Assembly (NCBI GenBank): GCA_041695225.1
Contig: JBGFRI010000030.1
Coordinates: 32,001-96,000, forward strand
Direction of reading: 5' to 3'
Source: Deinococcota bacterium
GTDB taxonomy: Bacteria > Deinococcota > Deinococci > Deinococcales > Thermaceae
Length of the DNA stretch: 64,000 nucleotides
Below the pieces are notes generated by a model. The model was not told the DNA's origin, searched no databases, and saw only the letters and a program-made list of their open reading frames with translations. The position numbers and the translations under genes are program-made. Numbering within the stretch: the first letter of the stretch is position 1; the number at the start of each line of letters is the position of its first letter. Positions 1 through 10,786 of the stretch are shown in pieces.

Positions 1-179
1 CCTCATCGGTCCCCTCCACGAATACCGCTCATACTACACTACCATAGGTCGGACCCCCTAGGTCACGGGAAGCCGGTCTCTGTGACCAATCTTCACTGGG
101 AGCAACACCTCGAGCCCATCACCCATCTACTTCTACTGTTCAGGGCCGAACCTCTGCTCACACGAAAGGCGGCAGAGCA

Positions 180-1421
180 CTACTGTTTATGGTTCATTCT
201 TTCAAAAAGGCTCTTATACAACCCGACCACATGCTCCCTTGAATATTCTTTTTCTGCCAGCAGACGAGCACGTCTCCCCATAGCTGTAAGCTGCTCCGGA
301 TTGCTTTCTGCCTCCAAGACTGCACTCACAAAGGCGCCGACCTTACCGGGAGGCACTACCCACCCGAGTTCCTTTTCCCGGATAACCAGTGCTAATTCTG
401 AGTTCTCATCGCCCATGCTGATAATTGGCTTGCCGGCAGCCATAATATTGTACGCCCGGCTGGGCACAGAAATACCCAGCATTCCCTTTACCAGTGCCGA
501 AACAGCAACATCGCCCGCATTAAGAAAAGTGTTTTGATCGGATCTGGGCCTCGGGTTTAAGAGGGTAACATTAGTAAGACGATATGCTTTGACCCGATCT
601 TCTAACCATTTTCGCTTGGCCCCTGAACCTATAAAGAGGAAATGTATCCTTGGGTTTTCAGAAAGGATTTTAGCTGCCTCTACTAAAGATTCAATGTCAT
701 GTGGATATCCCATATTTCCGGCATATTGAACGACGAACTTATCTTCCAACCGCAGTTCTTTCAAAAGCGGGTTATCTTCACGCCGGCAGGGGGAGATAGA
801 ATCAATTTCGGCCCAGTTGGGTATCACATGGACGCGCTCGTGGCCCTGGTTCCCGAGCTTCTGTAAGACCAGCGAACGCATATCTCTGCCCAGCACAACA
901 ATATGCTCCGCTGCCCGGTAAAGGTAAAAGTTAAGCCTCTCAAGCAAACGGTAGGCAAGACTAGTTGTCTTGAGCATGCCGGCAACATTCAGCATGTCAG
1001 GATACACATCGTCAATTCGCAATACAAACTTTGCACCTTTGAGTTTGCAGGCCAGCCAGACAACAAAAGGAAGCAGGGGAGGGTTAGTAACCACCAATAC
1101 TAAATCTGACCGGTGGATCGAACCAATCGCCATAAAAAAAGAAGAAAAGCCGATGCTGATAATGTTCAGAAGCCTTAAGCCTAGCTTGTCTTTATTAAAT
1201 GTTGTTGAATGGTAACGCCGGATACTCACACCATTGTGCATTTCTCTTGCCGGTGCGCGTGTGCCCCGCATGGAATAAGTCGGTTGCGCACAAATGGCCA
1301 TAACAGAGTAATCTGACGAGAGCCCCTCTGCAATCTTAGTCATGAAATACCCTGTAGCCGATTCTTCGGGGTAATATAACTCAGAAAAGACCAGAATCCG
1401 CGGCAAATCTTTCTTGACCAT
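180..1421 (-). CDS. Glycosyltransferase family 4 (WbuB-like)
   Basis: 413 aa; ELYYPE N-terminus, YAGNMG, and GISVPSRAYNIMAAGKPII GT-B motif. Confidence 0.9.
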   Translation of the reverse strand: MVKKDLPRILVFSELYYPEESATGYFMTKIAEGLSSDYSVMAICAQPTYSMRGTRAPAREMHNGVSIRRYHSTTFNKDKLGLRLLNIISIGFSSFFMAIGSIHRSDLVLVVTNPPLLPFVVWLACKLKGAKFVLRIDDVYPDMLNVAGMLKTTSLAYRLLERLNFYLYRAAEHIVVLGRDMRSLVLQKLGNQGHERVHVIPNWAEIDSISPCRREDNPLLKELRLEDKFVVQYAGNMGYPHDIESLVEAAKILSENPRIHFLFIGSGAKRKWLEDRVKAYRLTNVTLLNPRPRSDQNTFLNAGDVAVSALVKGMLGISVPSRAYNIMAAGKPIISMGDENSELALVIREKELGWVVPPGKVGAFVSAVLEAESNPEQLTAMGRRARLLAEKEYSREHVVGLYKSLFERMNHKQ

Positions 1422-1424
1422 CGG

Positions 1425-2555
1425 TTACTTCCTTTGGTCTGTTTTCTCTTCATTCCGCACGGCGCTACTCATACCCGGGGAAAAATCTGCCAGGCTTTCA
1501 ATAATTTCCCAATTATCCCTAAACCATTCGATGTTTTTCATAAAACCATCTCTAAAATCAGTCATCGGACGGTAATTGATTAGCCTCTGGGCCTTTTCAA
1601 TAGATGCCAATAGCCTTGGCTTGGTGTCCCACTTTCGCTTTGGTTTGTATATCAAATCGGCCTTGTTGTTAGTGGTCTCGTTTACCAGCTTAGCCATCTC
1701 CAGAATGCTTATTTCTCTACCTGACGCTAAATTAAAGTTTTGGCCAACTGCCTCAGGGTAGAAGCCGGACTTTACCAGACCCTGCACCAAGTCCAGCACA
1801 TAGGCAAAATCCCGCGTCTCTTCACCAGTTCCGGTAATTGGTAGTGACTGCCCCTTCATTGCCCAGTAAATAAAATTCGGGATCACATTCCGGTACTGAC
1901 CGGGAACTTCGCCGGGGCCGTAGGAGTTAAAAAAGCGGCAGTTGACTGTCTGCATGTTGTAGTGATGGGCATAAAAATTACAGTACATTTCTCCGGTCAT
2001 TTTGTTAACCTGATATGGCGTGGTTAAATGCATGGATATAAAGTCTTCTTTCAGGGGCAGCTGAGGGTAGGAGCCATAAATAGAGCATCCACTTGAGGCG
2101 TAAATAAACTTTTCCACACCGCCTAGCCGTGAATATTCCAGCAACTTAATAAGCCCGATGATATCCACTTCAGCCGATATCTCCGGGTAATCAATTGAAT
2201 TTTGATTGGCAAAAAACGCCGCCAGGTGAAACACCAGGGTGATATCTTCTTTGAAGACCCTCTTTAAATCAACATCACTCCTCACGTCACCTTCAACAAA
2301 CATGATATTGCTCAGAGGCACCACATTCCAGGGCGTTTTTTGCTTAATGGACGACAAATTGTCTAATATAACAACTTTGCCGCTCCTGCCCACCAATTCA
2401 GACAGAGCAATTACCAGATTGCTGCCAATGGCGCCAGCTCCGCCTGTGACCAGGACATTTCTGCCTTCATAATATTTTGTCAATGCCGCTTCCAGGTTCA
2501 GTTGCCGCAGATATTCATTGACCCATTTAATTCTCTTTTCGTTGCTGGTAGACAT
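1425..2555 (-). CDS. NAD-dependent epimerase/dehydratase (extended SDR)
   Basis: TGGAGAIG Rossmann motif, YQVNK catalytic YxxxK, FNSYGP, TRDF. Confidence 0.9.
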   Translation of the reverse strand: MSTSNEKRIKWVNEYLRQLNLEAALTKYYEGRNVLVTGGAGAIGSNLVIALSELVGRSGKVVILDNLSSIKQKTPWNVVPLSNIMFVEGDVRSDVDLKRVFKEDITLVFHLAAFFANQNSIDYPEISAEVDIIGLIKLLEYSRLGGVEKFIYASSGCSIYGSYPQLPLKEDFISMHLTTPYQVNKMTGEMYCNFYAHHYNMQTVNCRFFNSYGPGEVPGQYRNVIPNFIYWAMKGQSLPITGTGEETRDFAYVLDLVQGLVKSGFYPEAVGQNFNLASGREISILEMAKLVNETTNNKADLIYKPKRKWDTKPRLLASIEKAQRLINYRPMTDFRDGFMKNIEWFRDNWEIIESLADFSPGMSSAVRNEEKTDQRK

Positions 2556-2576
2556 TTGTACCTCCAGGTAGGATGC

Positions 2577-3506
2577 TCAAATTCTATAAAACCATTTCAT
2601 CCATTCAACCGTTCTTTTGATCCCCTCGCGGGGAGCGACAACAGGGTTATGTTTTAGGTCACGCGCAGCTTTGGAAAAATCCATCGTTTTGACCTTGGTT
2701 GTAAACGGTTCTGCTTCCTTATAGGTCACCAGTGATTCACTAGCGCCGGTAGCCTCTAAGATCAGGTCAGAATATTCCTTTATGTCCATTTCCCACTCTG
2801 CCCTGCCCCCGACATTGTAAACCTCGCCCGGAATGAAATTATCAAGTATGTTCGCAAAGGTTCTACAAGTGTCTTCCACATAATCTATTATCCGCTTGTG
2901 GCCCCTATAGACTGTATATGGCTTGCCGTGCAAACAACAAAAGATGAATTTAGGAATAAAGCCTCTAAAGGGCGTATACTCTTCGTGCGGGCCATAACAG
3001 TTGACAGGGCGCACCCTAACCGTTTCGGTGCCAAACATTTTTGCCGAGTTCAAACACATCAATTCACCAGCCCACTTTGATATGGCGTAGTCGTTCATCT
3101 GATAAGTATCTTTTATTCTATTCTCCTCCATTACCGCCTCGGTCATCTCGCCTTCATAATCACCATAGACCTCTGCCGAGGAAAACGAGATCATCCTGAA
3201 CTTAAGTTTTTCCTGGAGCCGCAAAATGTGCTTTAATCCAATCACGTTGGTCTGCCACAAATTTTCATAATAAGCCTCGCCATTCCATCGGCCGTACTCG
3301 GCTGCAAGGTGATAAACATAATCAAACGGCCCATATTCCTCAAAAACCTTTTCTATCTGGCGATAATTTCCTACATCACATCTGACATAATCGTCCCGGT
3401 CTGTGTTAGGCAGGTCACAAGCAATAACTTTATGGCCCCTTACTCGCAGTTCATTACACAAATTTGTGCCTATAAAGCCGGCGCCACCGGTCACTAATAT
3501 TTTCAT
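2577..3506 (-). CDS. NAD-dependent epimerase/dehydratase (extended SDR)
   Basis: TGGAGFIG, HLAAE, YAISK, NCYGP. Confidence 0.9.
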   Translation of the reverse strand: MKILVTGGAGFIGTNLCNELRVRGHKVIACDLPNTDRDDYVRCDVGNYRQIEKVFEEYGPFDYVYHLAAEYGRWNGEAYYENLWQTNVIGLKHILRLQEKLKFRMISFSSAEVYGDYEGEMTEAVMEENRIKDTYQMNDYAISKWAGELMCLNSAKMFGTETVRVRPVNCYGPHEEYTPFRGFIPKFIFCCLHGKPYTVYRGHKRIIDYVEDTCRTFANILDNFIPGEVYNVGGRAEWEMDIKEYSDLILEATGASESLVTYKEAEPFTTKVKTMDFSKAARDLKHNPVVAPREGIKRTVEWMKWFYRI

Positions 3507-4690
3507 CTTACTTTTTCCTCTCTTTTAGTTCTTCTGCTGCTTTCACCTAAGACCTCTTCATACATTTTAATCATTTGGTCGGCAACTTTGTCCCAGGTAA
3601 ACTTTTCAGCTACCAGCCGCCGGCCGTTACTGCCCATCTGTTGCCGCAACTGCGCGTCGCCCAGCAGCTTCTCTATCGCCGTTGCCAATTGGTCTGCTTC
3701 CGATTCAATAACCAGCCCGGCTCCGGCCTGAGCCACCTCAGGGAAGTGACACTGGCGAGTGATTATGACCGGAAGGCTCGAGGCCATTGCTTCCAAAATA
3801 GCCATGCTAAAACCCTCGGAGTATGAAGGGAGCACAAAAACATCCGCTCCACCCAACGCCGCTAGTTTCTCATACCCGGTCAACATCCCAGCAAAGACCA
3901 CTTTATCTAAAACACCTTCCGCCTCTAAGATTTTCACAATTTCAGCGCGGTATCCATCCCTATCCGGCCCGACCACCAGCAAAAAAAGCTCGTCTCGCCC
4001 CTTAGCCACCTTTCCGAAAGCCCTGGCTAAAATATCAAGCCCCTTTATCGGGTGCAGACGGCCAAGAAAAAGCACCACCTGCTTCCCGACAAGCTGGGGA
4101 TAAAGTCGCTCCAGTTCCTGGCGAGACGGAAGCGCTTGAAACTCTTCGGCGTTTATTCCGTTTGGGATCATCTTAATCTCGTTATCTATCCCAAAGGCGC
4201 GAATGTGTTTAACCTCCTCATCAGTGATCGCATGTAGTGCCGCTGCTTCTTTTAGAACACGCCGCTGGATTAGCGCTGAGTAAATCTTTTTCTTTAATCC
4301 CTTATGGTTTATTGCCCACGGCTCTAAGCCCCCGTGAACGGTTACCACGTATGGTATATTTACCTTTTTTGCCGCGTGGTAAGCGGCAAGATGCGGTTGG
4401 CTCCATAGTTCGTGGATATGCACCAGGTCAAACTTGGCCACCTCTTGCGCCACTGCCTTGGCTAACTCAGGTGAATAACCAGACCACCAGCGGGCAAAAA
4501 ACCCTTGCTCAAAAAGCCGTAAATTTACTCCCTTAGGCTGGATAATCTTTGCTTCATCCCCCATCGTCACCGGACAAAACACTGATATCTCTAAACCCTT
4601 TTTTGCTAAAGCCTCGCTTAATTCAGTAACAGCTTTTGTGGGGCCTCCCCATTCAGGAGATAGACTGACTACAACATAGAGTATTTTCAT
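3503..4690 (-). CDS. Glycosyltransferase family 4
   Basis: GRLHPIKG and EGFSMAILEAMA motifs. Confidence 0.92.
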   Translation of the reverse strand: MKILYVVVSLSPEWGGPTKAVTELSEALAKKGLEISVFCPVTMGDEAKIIQPKGVNLRLFEQGFFARWWSGYSPELAKAVAQEVAKFDLVHIHELWSQPHLAAYHAAKKVNIPYVVTVHGGLEPWAINHKGLKKKIYSALIQRRVLKEAAALHAITDEEVKHIRAFGIDNEIKMIPNGINAEEFQALPSRQELERLYPQLVGKQVVLFLGRLHPIKGLDILARAFGKVAKGRDELFLLVVGPDRDGYRAEIVKILEAEGVLDKVVFAGMLTGYEKLAALGGADVFVLPSYSEGFSMAILEAMASSLPVIITRQCHFPEVAQAGAGLVIESEADQLATAIEKLLGDAQLRQQMGSNGRRLVAEKFTWDKVADQMIKMYEEVLGESSRRTKREEKVR

Positions 4691-4771
4691 CTTTTGCTGC
4701 CTCTCCCGCTCATGCCTCCGCTGGTTAGATTGACAATAGACATTTTCATAGCTAGCTTACCTGTGACTTTG

Positions 4772-5932
4772 TTATACTTCATATCTTTGGCCTTTCGCCT
4801 TAATAATGGAATCATATAACTCTTCAATCTTCCGCATTTCATGAACAGCAGTAAAGCGTTCCTCTATCCGTCTTCTTGCTACGTGTCCCATGCTCAGAGC
4901 TCTCTCAGGATCTTTAAGGATAGAAAGTACGGCTTGAGCAATTGATTCAGGTTTCGAATCAGGCAGTAGAATTCCAGTTCTGCCATTCTCAACTGCCTCG
5001 GGAATTCCACCCACAGCCGTAGCAACAACGGGTTTTGCGCAAGCCATCGCTTCCAAGACAGCCCAAGGCATTCCTTCTGCCTTTGATGGTAGCACAAAGA
5101 TATCAAAAGCCTTCATTATTTCCGTGATATCACTAACCCAGGGTAAAAATTGAACATTGTTCTCTATGCCCAATTCCTGAACTCGCAGCTGGCAAAGGGC
5201 TTTATCTGGCCCCTCTCCCACGATAAGAAGTTTTGTTTTGGGAAATTGTTCTAAAATCAAAGGAAACGCCTCGATCAAAGAATCAACACCTTTCCAATAA
5301 CCTATGACTCCAAAATAGCCCAGAACAGGCTCTTTTTTTAACAACCGCTCATTGAGAACACCTAAACTACTTCGCCAGGGGAATCTTTCAGATTCCACAC
5401 CATTGTGAATAATGATAATTTTTTCAGACATTACCTTGAAGTCGCGAACCAAATCATTTCCTGTCTTATTGGAAATTGCAATAAATCTATCTATCTTGTT
5501 TTTAACAATCCCATATGCCAACCGGTAAGTTACTTTCTTCCAACCAAGGGCAAAGCTGGGAATTAATCCCCCTTCCAGCGAAGAAATAATGTAAGGCACT
5601 TTAGCTATTTTTGCCGCAAAAGTGCCTACTATATCGGCCTGAATAAAAATAGTATGTAAGATCACGGCATCCTTTTTTGTCAGAATTTTTGCCAACTTAA
5701 CAATCGCTGGAAGACAAAGCGTTTTCAGTTTCGAAAGCTCAGGCATAGAAATAACCTCAATGCCATATTTCTCTAAAGTTTTCACCCGCTCCATATCAGA
5801 TTCGGTCGGACCAGAAAAAATTAAAGTAACTCTATATTTATTCTTGTCTATGTTCTTTGCCCAGTGAGAGAGATGAACAAAAGTCCCACCCTTATTCTCA
5901 AGAGGGGTACAAAGCCATACAATATTCTTCAT
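4772..5932 (-). CDS. Glycosyltransferase family 4
   Basis: EGMPWAVLEAMACAKPVVAT motif. Confidence 0.92.
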   Translation of the reverse strand: MKNIVWLCTPLENKGGTFVHLSHWAKNIDKNKYRVTLIFSGPTESDMERVKTLEKYGIEVISMPELSKLKTLCLPAIVKLAKILTKKDAVILHTIFIQADIVGTFAAKIAKVPYIISSLEGGLIPSFALGWKKVTYRLAYGIVKNKIDRFIAISNKTGNDLVRDFKVMSEKIIIIHNGVESERFPWRSSLGVLNERLLKKEPVLGYFGVIGYWKGVDSLIEAFPLILEQFPKTKLLIVGEGPDKALCQLRVQELGIENNVQFLPWVSDITEIMKAFDIFVLPSKAEGMPWAVLEAMACAKPVVATAVGGIPEAVENGRTGILLPDSKPESIAQAVLSILKDPERALSMGHVARRRIEERFTAVHEMRKIEELYDSIIKAKGQRYEV

Positions 5933-7305
5933 ATTTCGAATATCCTCTCTTTCCTTTTAATTTTCGCAGCTGCGGCTATCAAGCCCATTAAGAGCCAGAG
6001 GTTCTTGAGAAGAAGGGCACTGATAAAAAAGCTAGCAACTATTACTGCTATAAAACATATGGTCAAAGCCAATCCAATGTTTCCGCTTGGGTCACTCAGC
6101 CCAGCTCTTAGTGTTCTTACGATCATAATGAAAAGTGGTAAGGCGCCTAAAAATCCTAGCCCAACCAGTGCCTCAAGCATACTATTGTGGATAACCCAAC
6201 CATGCTGCGCTAAAAACCCCCCAAGTCCTACGCCTAAAATCGGATTTGCCAAAAAAGTATTGATGGCCAATCCCCACAATTCAATTCTATGCTCGGCTGC
6301 GTCTGGATTCAGAGCAACTATAAAATCAAAAGGCTTTCGTAATACATCAAAGAAGATAGTGCCCACTAATAAAATCATTGAAGTAAACCCGGCAAAAACA
6401 ACTGGCCATATTTTTTTATTACTGTGCTGCCTTAACCATAAAAAGAACACTGTAACCAATGATGCCGCTAAGCCAACCCATGCGCCTCGGGAATAAGAAA
6501 GAACTAATCCGAAGAGGACAAAAGCCGAAAAAACAATATACTTCAATTTGTGGCTTTTACCACGAAGTGCAAAGTAGAGCAATGCCGGCAAGCCAGTAAG
6601 AAGAAAAAATGCGTATGCATTCGGATCGAGCCATGTAGAGGTTACTCGAGGTAGTGTCAAAGGTATCCCCGGACCAACAAACTCCCATACATTGCCAACT
6701 CCTAAGTTCAAACCCCAAAGACGAAACCCTATCGACTGGATAATTGCAACTGCTGCTGACATAAAAATTGCAAGGCCCAAAAATATCAAAGCCCTGTTCA
6801 GTGTCTTGGTGTCTTTTATCAAATTAACGGTTAAAAAATAAGTCAATACGCAACCCATTAGCGTCACGATCTGCCTTACATGAGCAGTGGGGTCAACGGC
6901 GACAAATATTGACATAAGCGCCGCGATCATTATCCAAGCAATAAATAGGTAATTTACATCCTTTACCATGCGGACCTTGGAAAAAAGAAACGCCAATGAC
7001 CAAGCCAACAAAGTGATAACAATCAAAGCATTTGAAGCAGAGATATTCACCGGGCCAAAGTTTATAAAGTGGCTGTCAAAAGGGATAGCCAGTATAATCA
7101 AATAAAGTCCAACAGGGGGATGTTTAGAGATGAAAATGATAAACAATAAAATTGCTAGTAACACCAAAAGTGATACCAGACCAAATGGACTTAAGACTAC
7201 AAGCCAACTTATCGCAAAAGAGAAAGCAAGAAGCAGAAAAACTTGTACAGTGGAGTTAAGAGAAAAGTACCAAGAAACATAGGGTAAGTTTTCGCAATCA
7301 AACAT
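5929..7305 (-). CDS. O-antigen ligase / Wzy-like polymerase
   Basis: Many TM segments; DPN, SYSRGAW, GVGLGGF and HNSMLE motifs. Confidence 0.85.
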   Translation of the reverse strand: MFDCENLPYVSWYFSLNSTVQVFLLLAFSFAISWLVVLSPFGLVSLLVLLAILLFIIFISKHPPVGLYLIILAIPFDSHFINFGPVNISASNALIVITLLAWSLAFLFSKVRMVKDVNYLFIAWIMIAALMSIFVAVDPTAHVRQIVTLMGCVLTYFLTVNLIKDTKTLNRALIFLGLAIFMSAAVAIIQSIGFRLWGLNLGVGNVWEFVGPGIPLTLPRVTSTWLDPNAYAFFLLTGLPALLYFALRGKSHKLKYIVFSAFVLFGLVLSYSRGAWVGLAASLVTVFFLWLRQHSNKKIWPVVFAGFTSMILLVGTIFFDVLRKPFDFIVALNPDAAEHRIELWGLAINTFLANPILGVGLGGFLAQHGWVIHNSMLEALVGLGFLGALPLFIMIVRTLRAGLSDPSGNIGLALTICFIAVIVASFFISALLLKNLWLLMGLIAAAAKIKRKERIFEI

Positions 7306-8434
7306 GGTTACTCATCGCCTTTTCCTTCAACACTTTTAGGTAGGCTTGCAAAGTTAGTCCTGCCGCTCGATCCCACGTGAATTGTGACAAGACACGCTCC
7401 TTGAGGTTCTCGCTAGGGCGCTTGTCCCAAGCCCGTATGATAGCTCTTTCAATGGATTTTTGATCAGCTGGGTCACAGTATTCTGCATCTTCTTCGAAAT
7501 ACTCTCGAGCTGTGCCAACAGAAGTTGAGACTATGCCACATCCAATTGCGGCTGCCTCGAGGCTAGCAAGACCAGGGGTTTCATACCAACTCACAAGTGC
7601 GTGGATATGTGCCTTAGAATAGAAAAGAGGCAGTAACTCATGCGTTATCGGTCCAAGAAAAATTATTTGCGAAGAGGATTCTTTCCTGCATTGCCTGTAA
7701 TAAGCTCTCGATAAGTAACTAGATAGCTCGGCTGGTCCAATTAGCACAAGCGGAACCCCTAAAGCATTGCAAGCTCGCACTAGCTTAAGTGTGTTCTTTC
7801 GCGGCGAAATCACTGACACGCTAAGAACATATTTTTGCGGTAATTCGGGATGAATATGGGAATTACACGGGGCTGAAAAAACCATAGTGTCGATTGCGTT
7901 AGGTATTACGGTATAGGCCTTGCTTAAGTCGAGGAAGTTTGCTATGGCTGACATCTCACCCTCTGCGTTTGGTAAGAGATGGTCAGCTAGCATGAAACAC
8001 TTTCGCTCCTGGTCCATGTTTTCATGGGCATTACCCTCCAAGCCACGATAGCGGTAAATTAGTAAAGGGTTTCGCTCTACCTTCCCATCGAGGAGGAACT
8101 TTCCAACTGTGCTATGTCGAAGTCTGATAAGCCAATACTCCATAGGACTTAGAAAATCCCTGTATTCGAGGCTGCGAAAGTATTCAACCCTTGGCCAAAA
8201 AATAGGTGACACCACGACAGGCAACTTTGCCTGTTTTGCAGCCAGTACTGTAGGAAGACATGCCCCCGAAAAGGCATGAACAAGGTCTACCTGCGTTGGT
8301 ATATTTCCATCGCATATACGAAGATCGACTTCAATACCGAGTTTTTTTAGAGAATCAGCTGTCTTCCGTGCCTGTGTCCATTGGCCACCACGATCGGTTG
8401 ATGCAACCATAAGGACTTGTATACGCTTTCCCAT
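7298..8434 (-). CDS. Glycosyltransferase family 4
   Basis: PRKN and ETPGLASLEAA motifs; ATG at 8434 preferred over the upstream ORF start. Confidence 0.85.
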   Translation of the reverse strand: MGKRIQVLMVASTDRGGQWTQARKTADSLKKLGIEVDLRICDGNIPTQVDLVHAFSGACLPTVLAAKQAKLPVVVSPIFWPRVEYFRSLEYRDFLSPMEYWLIRLRHSTVGKFLLDGKVERNPLLIYRYRGLEGNAHENMDQERKCFMLADHLLPNAEGEMSAIANFLDLSKAYTVIPNAIDTMVFSAPCNSHIHPELPQKYVLSVSVISPRKNTLKLVRACNALGVPLVLIGPAELSSYLSRAYYRQCRKESSSQIIFLGPITHELLPLFYSKAHIHALVSWYETPGLASLEAAAIGCGIVSTSVGTAREYFEEDAEYCDPADQKSIERAIIRAWDKRPSENLKERVLSQFTWDRAAGLTLQAYLKVLKEKAMSNHV

Positions 8435-8435
8435 C

Positions 8436-9311
8436 TCAGCCGCTACCTCTTTTTGTCCAAACGCTCGCATATACTGTTAACCAAGGGATACCTTGTCCCT
8501 GCGTATTAAAGGCCTTGCCTAGAATTAAATTTCCCAGCCAGTTTAGCAAAGTAGCGCGCCGGCCCGACTTATCGGGGAAAATACTATTTTCTGATGTCAA
8601 TAAGCCCAGTGGATGAGTTGATGCTTCTGGCAAATCCCCTAAAAAATATTGTCGTAAGCGACGCATAAGACTGTCAAATCGTTCAGCGCTTAACATATAA
8701 TCTCCACGAAGATCAATATCCACCGTAAGCACGAACTTTCCACCCGGCTTTAGTATTCGCGCTATTTCTGATATGGTTTGCTCGAAATCCGGAACATGCT
8801 CCAGGACACTAATGCAATACACTGCATCCTGGCCGTTATCCGGTAGCGGGATGCGGTTGCTGTCTGTTAACTTTACACTCACGCTTCCGGGCGCGCTATC
8901 AATCACTTTGGCCGCTGCTGGTATGTCGCGGGCACAAACGGGATCAACATCAACGCAAGTTACATCATAGCCAAGCCGTGCAACGGCAAACGGGAAGAAT
9001 GTCACTCCACTGCCGATATCCGCAACCGTCAGAAGCCTTTCTTCGGTGATTTCTCGGCGAATCTTTTCCAGATGGTAATAGGCGTATGGATACTCCCAAA
9101 CCCTGCTCCAGGTATGGAGAGGATCGCGAGGCCATTTATACTCCGGGCTGCGAAACCTTTGTTCGTGCGCAAGAAAGTGGGATTGCTCTTGTTCCAGGCG
9201 CTTAAAAAGAACTCGCCATTCTTCGCTCTTTAGGTCGCCTAAGGCAGCGAATCCTGCTCGGTCAAAAAGGTGTTGGCACGCCATCACGTTGTTTCTTTCC
9301 ATAATAGTCAT
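8436..9311 (-). CDS. Class I SAM-dependent methyltransferase
   Basis: DIGSG motif I, SVLEHV, LKPGG. Confidence 0.88.
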   Translation of the reverse strand: MTIMERNNVMACQHLFDRAGFAALGDLKSEEWRVLFKRLEQEQSHFLAHEQRFRSPEYKWPRDPLHTWSRVWEYPYAYYHLEKIRREITEERLLTVADIGSGVTFFPFAVARLGYDVTCVDVDPVCARDIPAAAKVIDSAPGSVSVKLTDSNRIPLPDNGQDAVYCISVLEHVPDFEQTISEIARILKPGGKFVLTVDIDLRGDYMLSAERFDSLMRRLRQYFLGDLPEASTHPLGLLTSENSIFPDKSGRRATLLNWLGNLILGKAFNTQGQGIPWLTVYASVWTKRGSG

Positions 9312-10642
9312 GTGTGGCCCCTCGATCTCAATTGATAGGTAGCGAACGAAAAAGTCCAGATCGCGTGGGCCAGATATGCTAGCCCCAAACCAGTTATAAC
9401 GCCAGTTGCGCCGTGCTCAAGCAGCAGAAAAGCAACACCAATATAAATTGCAGCCCAGCCAAGGTTCATCAGCAACCCCAGCCACATGCGGGATACAGCG
9501 GCGAGCATGTTGCCTACAGGCACCTGCGCGGCAAGAAGCGCAGCGGTAAATACCGCAATTATGAGCACCATGGAGCCGTTCTGAAAGTCCGGCCCATAGA
9601 GTGAAAGAAGCCACGGACTCAATAGCGCAATAGTGGCTGCCGGGAGTAGGGCAACCAGTGCATTGGCTTTAACGGCCAAAACCAGCAGGCGTTTTGAATC
9701 GGCATGGTTTTCGGCGGCTATGTAGTCGGTCAGCATCGGCATTACTACTCTACCCGCAACGCTCGGTAAAAACAGGATGGCACTGAACCACTGCATGGCG
9801 ACACCCAGCAAGGCAATTTCAGCATGGCCGCCAGGTGTATTTGCAAGCATCGCCTGGCAGATCCAGTGAGCCGGCGCCACCAGCGCGCCAGCCAGTAAGG
9901 CGGGCAAAGCGAAATCACGTAACACCGGCCATTCCCTTAAACACTCGCGTGGTTCGGGCTTAATTCCGAAACGCTTCATCTCGCGTGAGGCCAGATACAG
10001 GCTAATTCCGGCCTGGATCATCGTGCCCGCAACCAGGCCAATAGCCGCGCCGGTTAGACCGTAGCTATGTACCGCCAGCAACATGACCGGCGCACTTATG
10101 GCCACACCCAAAACAGTTGCGTTAGCAAGGGTGCGCATCGCTTCCATACCGATGAGCACACTCTTTTGGTAGCCGTCGAGCGTAGCAAAGAAAACGGTAA
10201 ACGCCGCAATCGAAAGCGGGGCGGCCAGCGCCGGGGTATTAAGCACACCTGAGGCCAGCTGCGGTGAGAACAGTGCTAGCGCACCGGTCATTATCGCACC
10301 GAAGAAGAAAACGGTGCGTTGGCTAAGCGCCAGGATGTGCCCCAGACGCCGCGTATCGCGCAGCTTCAGAGCCGCGATGTAGCGGGTGGCGGTTTGTCCA
10401 ATCCCAAAGCCTGCGAAAACGCCAACCATATTGAGGGTGCTCTGGATCAAAACGAACTGGCCGTAGGTTTCCTTTCCCAACAGACGGACGACGAGAACCA
10501 ACGTTAGTAGGGTAATACCCTGCGACAAAACGCTCCCTGCAATGCTCCAGCTTGCGCCACTTATAAAGCGTCGTGCCAAGGGCGAACGGAACAGCCGCGC
10601 CGGAAGCAACCAGAACCGCCCTTCCTCCACATCCCCTGCCAT
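9308..10642 (-). CDS. Wzx-type oligosaccharide flippase
   Basis: Multi-TM MOP-family pattern (RLLGKETYG, FGIGQTATRYIA) at the head of the GT cluster. Confidence 0.85.
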   Translation of the reverse strand: MAGDVEEGRFWLLPARLFRSPLARRFISGASWSIAGSVLSQGITLLTLVLVVRLLGKETYGQFVLIQSTLNMVGVFAGFGIGQTATRYIAALKLRDTRRLGHILALSQRTVFFFGAIMTGALALFSPQLASGVLNTPALAAPLSIAAFTVFFATLDGYQKSVLIGMEAMRTLANATVLGVAISAPVMLLAVHSYGLTGAAIGLVAGTMIQAGISLYLASREMKRFGIKPEPRECLREWPVLRDFALPALLAGALVAPAHWICQAMLANTPGGHAEIALLGVAMQWFSAILFLPSVAGRVVMPMLTDYIAAENHADSKRLLVLAVKANALVALLPAATIALLSPWLLSLYGPDFQNGSMVLIIAVFTAALLAAQVPVGNMLAAVSRMWLGLLMNLGWAAIYIGVAFLLLEHGATGVITGLGLAYLAHAIWTFSFATYQLRSRGHT

Positions 10643-10654
10643 TATTTCACCACT

Positions 10655-10786
10655 TTACGCTCTGCCTTGTGAATAGTTAAGGGGTAAGGTGACTTCGGCC
10701 ACTACAAGTGGGAGTCCCTGCCCGATCAAAGTGAGCAGCGCCTTGCGGGCCAGAACGCTGCCTTTTATCTCGAGCGGTTTGTTCAT
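10655..10786 (-). pseudogene. 5' remnant of another flippase
   Basis: Hand translation MNKPLEIKGSVLARKALLTLIGQGLPLVVAEVTLP resembles a Wzx N-terminus; stops after 43 aa. Confidence 0.55.

Noticed and set aside
1..180. Group II intron 5' end
   Set aside because: The minus strand begins GTGCT rather than GTGYG, and no domain V or reverse transcriptase is visible.
10674..10718. Possible extra copy of the 44-bp element (shares AGTGGCCGAAG)
   Set aside because: Better explained as flippase-remnant codons; the ends do not fit and there is no evidence of an empty site.
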